From Pseudomonadota bacterium (GTDB taxonomy: Bacteria; Desulfobacterota; Desulfobulbia; Desulfobulbales; SURF-16), in NCBI GenBank assembly GCA_018822545.1, contig JAHJKA010000051.1, positions 12,570 to 76,569 on the forward strand: a DNA stretch of 64,000 nucleotides, given 5' to 3'. Shown here in pieces: positions 19,141 to 27,053 of the stretch (its first letter is position 1; the number at the start of each line of letters is the position of its first letter). The notes beneath the pieces were generated by a model that was not told the DNA's origin, did not search any database, and worked only from the letters and a program-made list of their open reading frames with translations. Position numbers and translations under genes: made by a program.

Positions 19141-19230
19141 GCCACGGAATCCACGGAACCCTCTGAAAAAACCTTTTTTGGTTTCCGTGCCTTCCGTTTT
19201 GGTTTCCGTGCCTTCCGTGGATTCCGTGGC
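19141..19230. repeat. Composite palindromic/tandem repeat element (CCGTGG-type)
   Basis: Perfect 18-bp inverted repeat GCCACGGAATCCACGGAA (19141-19158) / TTCCGTGGATTCCGTGGC (19213-19230). It encloses two tandem ~20-21-bp units GGTTTCCGTGCCTTCCGT.. (19180-19200, 19201-19220). Confidence 0.9.
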
Positions 19231-19298
19231 CAAACTGTAAAGGTACAACCTTGCCAACCAGCACACCATAGCCATTTCAGGTCCAAGCCGTTTCGCTG

Positions 19299-21395
19299 CT
19301 ACATAACAGAAAACCTGGCCACCAATTGCGACTGTACCAGCCACTCTTCCTCGCCCTGACTTTCAGAATAACTGCCATTGCCCTGGATGGTAAAATGGGG
19401 CCCCAGGGACCAGCTGCCAAATAGGGAATATTTATCAATGCGATTGATGGCTTTTGCGTAAATATAGTTCATGGAAAACTGGGTGGTATCTGTGGGAGCC
19501 AAAGAGAGCGAAACGCTAGCCCCTTCACTTTGGCTGTCACTGCCGAGCCACTCCTTGTTGCCGGACACATGCATCGACAGCATATCACTTGCCCGCCAGT
19601 TAATACTGAGATCAGCCCCGGTGGTCTCACTGCCGTCATCGCCCAAGGTGTGTTGATAATCCGTGGTCAGATCAGCGGTAACAGAGGGGACAAGACGGGC
19701 TGTCAGGGTAAGAATGGTGTGATAATTTCTGGTGGTTAGATCGGTGTCTTCTTGTTTGATCCAGCCATAGTTAAGATCAACACTGGCATCCAAATCAGGA
19801 TAGAGGGCTGCCGTGGTAAACAAGCCGACGTTATGATTGACCGACTGACGCTCTGAGCCCTCATATTCTTCAGACCTGGTAAGGCCCATATTGACATCAA
19901 CCGTATCCAGCGGGATGGCGTCCATATTCAGGGTATAGGAACGGCTGGAAGATTCGTCGGCATCGCCGTTCTGGGATTTCGACTCATTCACTCCCACCGT
20001 GGTGGTCAAGGCGGCAAGGGTCTGCCATGTGAGGTGCCCAGCCTGGCTGGAGCGGTCATACTCAACCCCAGAGCCATATTCACCGTTCTCAAAAGAGAGG
20101 TTATAGGTCAGGGTCAGAGTATCAGTCAACCGAGCGCCAAGGTTCAGATCGGTGATCATGCTGGACGAGGTGGAGGTGAGCTCTGCCTTATCCACGCCTG
20201 TGACTCGCTGATAGGCCTCAATTTCTGTAAAATCCACCGTGGTCAAGGGACTTGAGGTGATAACCAGTTTCAGCCACAGATTATTCAAGGCCGGAATGGG
20301 GAATTCAAAACGTTTTTCAGCGCTATTATAGCTGAAAGGCAGTGAGTTCGTACTCAGTTGCCAGTTGCTACCATTATCACTGGTATAGAGGGCAAAGGTG
20401 AAACTTGCAGCCACTGCGGCACGATCTACGGCGGTATACAGGTAGATCTCGTCAATGATCTTAAAATCCGTCTTCATGGCGATGCTATGGGGGGAGGGGA
20501 CATCAATGCCGTTGGTGGCCACAGAAGAGGCTGTGGTCAGATCACCATCATGGAGGGCAGCCACCGCGTTGAGCTCTCCAGCCGTAGTTATGGTTAAGGG
20601 GGCAACGTCGAGACCATGGAGAACCTGGGACAGGCTCTGACGAATCAGGGCAGAGCTTGTCGTGCCAAGGGCCGTAGTGGATTTCTCACGATTTTCGGAG
20701 AACTGGTTGGCAAAACCAAAGGTCAGGCGATTTTGCCACAAACTATGATCGGCCTCCAGGCGGGCAAAATTGCTGGTGCTATCGCTTTGCCGGTCAGTGG
20801 CGATGTTGTTATATTTGTTACGGTTGTAGTTAAAATAGGTTTTAAAAAGCTCAAAATCCCAGTCCAGGGCCACACTTTCATTTTTATTTTCACTATCGGT
20901 TAATCTCGGAGAATTATCATCCTCCTGAAAATCTTCACCGTAGGTGGTCCGCAGATTGGGCCAGAAACGCTTTTCCCAGGAACTGGCCCACACTGCCTCC
21001 CAACTTGCCCTCTTCTGATCGGCAGATATGGTATTACGCTGCTGACTGGCAGAGCCAAAAAGCTCAAAAACAAACAGATCGTTGCTAATGCCAAAACGCA
21101 TGCTGGGATCAACACTCTGGGTGTCGTACTCTTCACGCCAGCCCGAGCTGTAACGCATTGATTCCTGCAAAGACATCGCCTCAGTGACCTCCTGTTTCAG
21201 GTCCAGGGTGTAGGTTAAGAAATACTCATCAGTCGCAACCTCATCCTTACCATCACTGTGAGACCAGTTTGCCGTAAGATCCTGCCCACCTCCTGCTACC
21301 TGAGGCATAATGAGCACACAAAAAAGAAATGACAGAAGAACAACGGTGCGAGAATGTATGCCTTGCCTCATCTCCTCGTTATTTCCTTCTGTCAC
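19299..21395 (-). CDS. Large outer-membrane beta-barrel protein with an internal discoidin (F5/8 type C)-like domain
   Basis: Signal peptide. Long runs of alternating hydrophobic/polar residues at both ends. Central ALHDGDLTTASS...IDEIYLYTA...FALYTSDNGSNWQL...WLKLVITS...DFTEIEAYQ follows the discoidin pattern. Confidence 0.7.
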   Translation of the reverse strand: MTEGNNEEMRQGIHSRTVVLLSFLFCVLIMPQVAGGGQDLTANWSHSDGKDEVATDEYFLTYTLDLKQEVTEAMSLQESMRYSSGWREEYDTQSVDPSMRFGISNDLFVFELFGSASQQRNTISADQKRASWEAVWASSWEKRFWPNLRTTYGEDFQEDDNSPRLTDSENKNESVALDWDFELFKTYFNYNRNKYNNIATDRQSDSTSNFARLEADHSLWQNRLTFGFANQFSENREKSTTALGTTSSALIRQSLSQVLHGLDVAPLTITTAGELNAVAALHDGDLTTASSVATNGIDVPSPHSIAMKTDFKIIDEIYLYTAVDRAAVAASFTFALYTSDNGSNWQLSTNSLPFSYNSAEKRFEFPIPALNNLWLKLVITSSPLTTVDFTEIEAYQRVTGVDKAELTSTSSSMITDLNLGARLTDTLTLTYNLSFENGEYGSGVEYDRSSQAGHLTWQTLAALTTTVGVNESKSQNGDADESSSRSYTLNMDAIPLDTVDVNMGLTRSEEYEGSERQSVNHNVGLFTTAALYPDLDASVDLNYGWIKQEDTDLTTRNYHTILTLTARLVPSVTADLTTDYQHTLGDDGSETTGADLSINWRASDMLSMHVSGNKEWLGSDSQSEGASVSLSLAPTDTTQFSMNYIYAKAINRIDKYSLFGSWSLGPHFTIQGNGSYSESQGEEEWLVQSQLVARFSVM

Positions 21396-21449
21396 TTTTT
21401 CACAACGACGACATCCTCGTACCGAAGAAAACCGCCTCCCCTGTCTGGG

Positions 21450-23207
21450 CTATCTGCTCGGTTTAATCTGGGGTTTATTCCGATCATAGGACTTTGGAGC
21501 ATGGCAGCCCACAACGCAGGTGGCGCCATTCTTGTCTTTGGTTATCGAAATCGGATACGACCAGGCACCAAAAGGCACCTCCGTGCGGATATGTTTCGCC
21601 TGGGTACTGACATGGGGATCATGGCAGGCGATACAACTGCGCCCCTTCTTCATGTTAACATGGAAATAATGGAGGTTGTATTCACCGTCCCTGAAATTGG
21701 TAAGGGTCTTGGTGAATTTCTTCTTGGCGATATCCTTATTATGACAGCCGAAACAGAGCTCATAATTCTCCGGCCGATACTCCATGTAGAATTCCTCCGG
21801 GAAATACTTGGAGAGTATCCGGGTGTTATTGGAACCATGAACATCGTGGCAGGCCATACAGTCACCTGTCTGCACAGGGCCATGACGAAACTGGCTACCT
21901 GCGACCTCGTCGGCCAATTCATCATGGCAGGTGAAACAGAGCTCTTCGGTATTCTTCTTCAGCATGGATTTCACATCGGAAGAATGAGCCCGATGGCAAT
22001 CGGTACAACGCCCCTTCTCCACCGGCTCATGCTTGAATTTTGAATTCTTGATGGCATCATAGAGCTTGGGGCTCTTCTTCTCGTGACAGTCGGCACAGAG
22101 CTGCCCCCCCTCCTTGTGGAGTTGGAAGCGGTTGTCCGAGCTGTGGGGATCATGACATTTATTACAATCATCCTGCACCGGGGCATGCACATACTTCATG
22201 GAAAATTCCTGCTGGCGATCCTTATGGCACTGAAAGCAGACCTCGCCCTTTTCCGGTGAGGCGATCAGCAGACTTTTATACTTGCCGGCATGGGGTCTGT
22301 GGCAGGCGATACAGTCACCGGAGCCCACCGGCCCATGACGATGGCTCTTGGTAAAGATCTTGGATTCATGGCAGTTAAAACAGAGGCTGCTGACACTGGC
22401 GCCATTCCCCCGGAGTTGAAAACGCATGGCAGACTCATGGGGGTTATGGCAGGAAATACAACCCTCGGTAACCGGCTTATGGATGACGCTGTCTTTAAAT
22501 TCTTCAATCTTGGCCTGATGGCAGACCACACATAAATCCTGACCGGTACGGGCAATGGCCATGGCATTATAGGAACCGTGTGGGTTATGGCAGGAAATAC
22601 AGACACCGGCCCCCACGGGGCCATGGACATGCGCGCTCTTGCCCATATCGCTATGACAGCCGCCGGTGGTACAGTTGGCCTTGGCCGGGACATTCCGCTT
22701 GAAATTAAATATACCCCGTTTCAGCTTATGGCATTCCTTGCAGTCGAGTTCGGCAGGATTAGCATGGACATAGAAGCGTTTCAGGCCCGAAGGAGCAGCC
22801 TTGCCCTTTCTCAGGGCTTCAGATTCCAGATAATAGACATGAACTGTTTTCTGTTGCTTGCCGTCGGAGAGAACGATTTCATTATTTCCCTTATCAAGGG
22901 TAATCATGACACCAAAGGCCTGGTTTTCGACCTTGATCTTGCTTTTGGGGGCGTTATTTTTAACGCCCTTGATCTCCAGCTGGGTAACGGTGGTTTCACT
23001 GACAATACCCGCTAAAAAAAGCGCCTTTTCCGTGACCCAGACATTATCGGGGGGAGAAACCACGGTAATAACATTAGCCGCCAAGGCATGACCAGCACCG
23101 ACAGAGAGCAACCCACCCATCAGCAATATAACGGTCACAACAACAGACAACATGCCGATCTGTCTTGAACTTTGCTTCACTCCTTTCAACGTCTCTCCTC
23201 CAAACAT
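21450..23207 (-). CDS. Multiheme c-type cytochrome (14 CxxCH + CX4CH + CX3CH) with an N-terminal Ig-like domain
   Basis: 14 canonical motifs plus CTTGGCH and CVVGCH. TM/signal MLSVVVTVILLMGGLL. The start is uncertain: the ORF is open to 23318, and the ATG at 23207 has GGGGGAA upstream. Confidence 0.88.
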   Translation of the reverse strand: MFGGETLKGVKQSSRQIGMLSVVVTVILLMGGLLSVGAGHALAANVITVVSPPDNVWVTEKALFLAGIVSETTVTQLEIKGVKNNAPKSKIKVENQAFGVMITLDKGNNEIVLSDGKQQKTVHVYYLESEALRKGKAAPSGLKRFYVHANPAELDCKECHKLKRGIFNFKRNVPAKANCTTGGCHSDMGKSAHVHGPVGAGVCISCHNPHGSYNAMAIARTGQDLCVVCHQAKIEEFKDSVIHKPVTEGCISCHNPHESAMRFQLRGNGASVSSLCFNCHESKIFTKSHRHGPVGSGDCIACHRPHAGKYKSLLIASPEKGEVCFQCHKDRQQEFSMKYVHAPVQDDCNKCHDPHSSDNRFQLHKEGGQLCADCHEKKSPKLYDAIKNSKFKHEPVEKGRCTDCHRAHSSDVKSMLKKNTEELCFTCHDELADEVAGSQFRHGPVQTGDCMACHDVHGSNNTRILSKYFPEEFYMEYRPENYELCFGCHNKDIAKKKFTKTLTNFRDGEYNLHYFHVNMKKGRSCIACHDPHVSTQAKHIRTEVPFGAWSYPISITKDKNGATCVVGCHAPKSYDRNKPQIKPSR

Positions 23208-23395
23208 GTTTCCCCCATTCATCAAGCCGCCATGATCATGGCAAGCAGCGTGACAACCTCGACGTTCAGCAAGGGCACGAAGATTTAAAGCATTCGTGAT
23301 CTTGCTGAATCCCGACATGTAAAAAAAGCTGCAGGAGCACTAAGCGCAGACTCCGACTTCGCTCCCACAGCTTATACTAACCAGCATACACGAAA

Positions 23396-23436
23396 ACACC
23401 GCATCGGCCCATAAACTCTGAGCCGTTGCGGTGTTC
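23396..23436 (-). terminator. Candidate (leaky) intrinsic terminator after OmcS-like paralogue 2
   Basis: On the minus strand, AACACCGCAACGGC / GCCGATGCGGTGTT form a 14-bp stem with one mismatch, followed by TTTTCG. It lies in the 146-nt gap between 23465 and 23318. Confidence 0.5.
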
Positions 23437-23464
23437 ATTACCAAGACGTTACCCTGTCTTGCTG

Positions 23465-24631
23465 TTATACATCATCCTTCGTGGTATGACATGCAAAGCA
23501 GCCACTGGTATTTGAGCCGGCATGGGCATCCATCCCAGAGTAATCCCAGCGCAGCAAGTCAGCGTTTGGTGAGCCATGGGCCCGATGGCAGGAGATACAG
23601 GTCACAACCGCATTTCCGTTAGCAGATCCGGCACCACCGATGTAGTCGATGGCTGTCACGATGGTTGCGCCACTCAAGGTGACCGAAGCAACCGGAGCCT
23701 CAAGATTGTAGGCGGTATAACCGGCATACTCCGAGGTTGTGGCCAAAGCACTCATGTCAAAATCCGTAGGGTGCCGTACCCATGGAGAACCAAAGGTGCT
23801 GCTGCTGATATTGCCTGCACCGTTATGGAACGCACCGTGACATTGCGCACAGAGTGAGCTGATTGTCGACGTGGTGTTCGTTGCCTCATCAGAACGGGCA
23901 ACCCCGGAGTAGAGGTTATGATCAGCAGTTGCTTTTGTGGCATCAGCTGTATACTCCCAGTCAGCATCCTCGATGCCGGTAATACCAGACAGCATACGGA
24001 AGGCATCGGACATATCAGTGGTGGAGCCGGCAACATAGCCGTTGGTGGCAGCATTGCCTGGGCCATGATGACCGCCGGCGATGGCGCCGAACTCATCCGT
24101 CGAAGTCGCTGCCCTGTCACCATGACAACCGGTGACACCGGCGCAGGTCAGAGCGGAAGGAAGAGGAACATTAGCGGCACCACCATTGCCAGGTGCAGAC
24201 GTAAGGGTGCTTTCAAGATTTGCAGAAGGAAGGCCAATTACATTATGCCCTGATGCATCGTTACCAGCATTGACCCAATAGAAGTTACCACCAGCCAAGG
24301 TATTCACACCAGCAGCACCGGCCACACCATAGGTGGGCGCAGCAGTACCCAATACAAAAGGCACCGTGCCACCAGCATTATCACCGGTATGACAACCCAC
24401 ACAACCATAACGAAGCAGCGCACCATTTGGCGTATTATCGGCAACAATTGCCGCACCAAAGGCGCCAGTGCTGGCCATAGCCGTACCATCCTGGCTATTA
24501 TGCATGGTATGACAGTTACCACACGGGCCGCTGACCTTGGCTGCTGCCAGTGACGGCAGGGCGAAGGCTGCACTGATGGCAATGACCGCTATCAGCTTGT
24601 TTTTGTCCACATATCTCTTCATCGTTTTCAT
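23465..24631 (-). CDS. OmcS-family hexaheme c-type cytochrome (paralogue 2), first gene of the train
   Basis: CGNCHTMHNS, AGGNFYWV, SGHNVIG, CAQCHGAFHN...WVRHPTD, TCISCHRAHGSPNAD, CFACHTTKD. Five CxxCH plus CAGVTGCH. Signal peptide ending SLAAA. Confidence 0.88.
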   Translation of the reverse strand: MKTMKRYVDKNKLIAVIAISAAFALPSLAAAKVSGPCGNCHTMHNSQDGTAMASTGAFGAAIVADNTPNGALLRYGCVGCHTGDNAGGTVPFVLGTAAPTYGVAGAAGVNTLAGGNFYWVNAGNDASGHNVIGLPSANLESTLTSAPGNGGAANVPLPSALTCAGVTGCHGDRAATSTDEFGAIAGGHHGPGNAATNGYVAGSTTDMSDAFRMLSGITGIEDADWEYTADATKATADHNLYSGVARSDEATNTTSTISSLCAQCHGAFHNGAGNISSSTFGSPWVRHPTDFDMSALATTSEYAGYTAYNLEAPVASVTLSGATIVTAIDYIGGAGSANGNAVVTCISCHRAHGSPNADLLRWDYSGMDAHAGSNTSGCFACHTTKDDV

Positions 24632-24880
24632 CCTCCCTAATTCGGTTTTCCTTACACTTTGGGGGAACCCTCTCCTCTCTCAAAAGAAGGTCTCTCGCCT
24701 CTAAATAGCAGCCGATTTCAGCGTGGCGGCTTCGACTGCCCATGCTCTGTCTCCGTTTTTTTCAGCCCCGGAAACAGCACCCTCATCTATTATGATATAA
24801 CACTCACCAGCAGAGGGCAACCCTCACACCTTCTTCTTCACTCCATAAATCCACAAAGAAGGCCGTATGTATTTTAAACA

Positions 24881-24895
24881 GCAAGGGCCATGCCA
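24881..24895 (-). promoter_or_regulatory. sigma54 (-24/-12) promoter
   Basis: The minus strand reads TGGCATGGCCCTTGC(TG). GG and GC are at consensus spacing against TGGCAC-N5-TTGCW. About 250 nt upstream of the ATG at 24631. Confidence 0.75.
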
Positions 24896-25088
24896 AAACA
24901 AGATTCCAAAAAAGAAAGTGAAACTAAACCCGCCAACCCAGACCGTTAGGGCTCTTCTCTCTCCCCAATGCCCGCACTCGAAAAACTCTGCGGCCATTCG
25001 CCTCACCAGAAACTGACCACCAGGGTGATCAACTCCGGCGCACACCCGTCTGCCGAGGACAAGAAAAGCCAAAAAAAAGAGCCCCATC

Positions 25089-25132
25089 GTCGAAAAATGG
25101 CGAGAAATGCACACTTTTCACCATTTTTCGAC
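25089..25132. promoter_or_regulatory. Perfect 12-bp inverted repeat, candidate activator site or terminator stem
   Basis: GTCGAAAAATGG (25089-25100), N20, CCATTTTTCGAC (25121-25132). About 200 bp upstream of the sigma54 promoter and about 100 bp downstream of the activator gene stop. Confidence 0.3.
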
Positions 25133-25236
25133 CCCCGACAGGACGTGGCACCAAAATTAGACGCGAGAAAACCTACACCACCCTCCGCCGCCAGCTTCTG
25201 ATTTCTATCCACCAGAAACTGGTCAAAAACCAAGGC

Positions 25237-26583
25237 TTATTGGCAGCGGTTGACAATATTATAGTCAGAAATTTTCTTGCGCAGGGTGGTGGGGGAAATC
25301 TCCAGCTGTTTAGCGGTCTGGGTGATATTCCAGCGCTGCTGATTCAAGACCATTTCCACGTGGCGTTTTTCCGCCTCAGCCAGGGTAACTGGCGCCACCT
25401 GCACTGGACCTTCATGATCGCGGTGGGATTGCTCAAGACATACCTCGGCAGCGGTGAGTACGCTGTCGGTGGCCAGGGCCACCGATCGCGTCAGAACATT
25501 TTCCAGCTCACGAACGTTCCCGGGCCAAGTGTGACTGATCAGTTTCTGCATGGCCTCATCATTAATCATCGGCCGGGAACATTGGAGCTGGCGGGCAATT
25601 TTTTTCAACAGTGAATCAACAAGTTGGGGAATATCACCCGGCCTGTCGCGCAACGGCGGCAGGTAGAGAGTGGAAACGGCAATACGATAAAAAAGATCTT
25701 TTCTGAACTTGCCTTCCTTGACCAGCTTTTCAAGATCCCAATGGGTGGCTGAGACAAAACGGGCCCGGAAAGGAATGGTCTCAAGGCCGCCCACCCGGAC
25801 AAACTCTCCCTCCTGGAGAACGCGCAGGAGCTTCCCTTGCAACCCTAAAGGCATGTCGCCGATCTCGTCAAAAAAAACCGTGCCATCCGCGGCATACTCT
25901 AATTTGCCTATTTTCAGGCGATCAGCCCCGGTAAACGCCCCTTTTTCATGGCCAAAGAACTCTGACTCAAGCAGGGTGGAAACCACGGCCGAGCAGTTGA
26001 TGTCAACAAAGGGCTTATCCGGGTCACGGGCATCATGAAGAATCCGGGCCGCAAGCTCCTTACCTGTGCCGCTTTCCCCCTGGATAAGGACAGTTACCCG
26101 GCTGCGTGAAAGCAGGCCTATTTTCTTATGGAGATCAATAATGTCGGGATGGGTACCTATCATGTTGGGGTAATGATCATCCACAACCAAGGACCCTATC
26201 TGGTCAGGCAAATTTACCTCGTGGCCGCGATGCACTTCCACCCGGGACAACATGGTATAGATGTCATCAAGCTCCAAAGGCTTGCGAAGATAATCAAAGG
26301 CGCCACTGCGCATGGCCTGCACAGCAATAAAATTGTCTGATTCACCCGTCATGATGACCACGGTGGGGTCGCAGGGCAACTCGACAATACTGGGCAAGGC
26401 CTCCAACCCGCTCTGGCCAGGAAGATTAATGTCGAGAAACACCACATCCGGCCGGAATTCTGCAGCCTCGCCAATGCCATTCTCAGCAGAACTTGCCAGA
26501 TGCACCTCATGGCCCTTCAGACCGAGGGGAACCTGGAGGGAGCGGCAAAGCGCCTGATCATCATCAACAATGAGAATTTTCAT
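25237..26583 (-). CDS. NtrC-family sigma54-dependent response regulator (REC-AAA+-Fis HTH)
   Basis: MKILIVDDD...VFLDINLPG (REC), GESGTGKE (Walker A), GAFTGA, C-terminal ITQTAKQLEISPTTLRKKI. Confidence 0.93.
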   Translation of the reverse strand: MKILIVDDDQALCRSLQVPLGLKGHEVHLASSAENGIGEAAEFRPDVVFLDINLPGQSGLEALPSIVELPCDPTVVIMTGESDNFIAVQAMRSGAFDYLRKPLELDDIYTMLSRVEVHRGHEVNLPDQIGSLVVDDHYPNMIGTHPDIIDLHKKIGLLSRSRVTVLIQGESGTGKELAARILHDARDPDKPFVDINCSAVVSTLLESEFFGHEKGAFTGADRLKIGKLEYAADGTVFFDEIGDMPLGLQGKLLRVLQEGEFVRVGGLETIPFRARFVSATHWDLEKLVKEGKFRKDLFYRIAVSTLYLPPLRDRPGDIPQLVDSLLKKIARQLQCSRPMINDEAMQKLISHTWPGNVRELENVLTRSVALATDSVLTAAEVCLEQSHRDHEGPVQVAPVTLAEAEKRHVEMVLNQQRWNITQTAKQLEISPTTLRKKISDYNIVNRCQ

Positions 26584-26924
26584 TGGGGGTCACCCGTAAT
26601 AAGTAGTAACAATATCTCTCTCTCCAACACCCGGAACACAGGATGTCCTAAAATTGCATTGAGGTTCAACATGCTTGAAACTGTACAGAAACTTGTTGAC
26701 TTGGTCAATGTTTGACGATTTTCTCAACTTACGCTACACATCTGTTGCGTGAAAAAACTTCATTTCAAGCACTTACCCGCCACTTTCCATTTGACAGCAG
26801 GGAATGCTATCAGGTAAGAGGGTAAGCAATGGAAAACCTCTCTCAACCATGATTTGCTTTGCAAGTTATGTTCCATTATGCCCACCCCTCCCACCTCTCC
26901 TCACATGCTCACCGTAGCAGAATT

Positions 26925-26945
26925 GCCGCCAATTTCAGTGGCGGC
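26925..26945. promoter_or_regulatory. 7-bp dyad, candidate upstream activator site
   Basis: GCCGCCA, N7, TGGCGGC. About 110 bp upstream of the 27054 sigma54 promoter. Confidence 0.25.
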
Positions 26946-27053
26946 CGGCCCCCTACAGCTTTGATCCTTTCGGAATTTGTTCTGGGGCGCTGTGGTACGG
27001 TAGTCATCTGTTTCAAATGCTCCTTTTAGGGTTTTTTATTCCGCCATTCAGCC

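Noticed and set aside
19180-19220. Tandem ~21-bp repeats considered as a possible CRISPR-like array
   Set aside because: There are only two directly adjacent units with no spacers, embedded in a palindrome. No cas genes are in the window.
18486-19344. N-terminal extension of the lipoprotein ORF to 19286 and the overlapping ORF 19090-19344
   Set aside because: The extra residues (RKARKPKRKARKPK, TEGTETKTEGTET, FRGFRGFRG) are translations of the DNA repeat at 19141-19230. A proper lipoprotein signal starts at the ATG at 19055.
24632-24880. Possible GEMM-I (c-di-GMP/cGAMP) riboswitch in the long leader of the OmcS-like gene, by analogy with Geobacter cytochrome genes
   Set aside because: Reading the minus strand, I could not find the conserved GGCAAACC...GAAA...ACGCAAAGC core or the paired P1/P2 architecture. 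Only a generic 9-bp hairpin is present. An Infernal scan would be decisive.
24659-25233. Several 72-96-aa ORFs on both strands in the gap between the activator gene and the OmcS-like gene
   Set aside because: They overlap the sigma54 promoter and leader. None has a start context or a recognisable motif.
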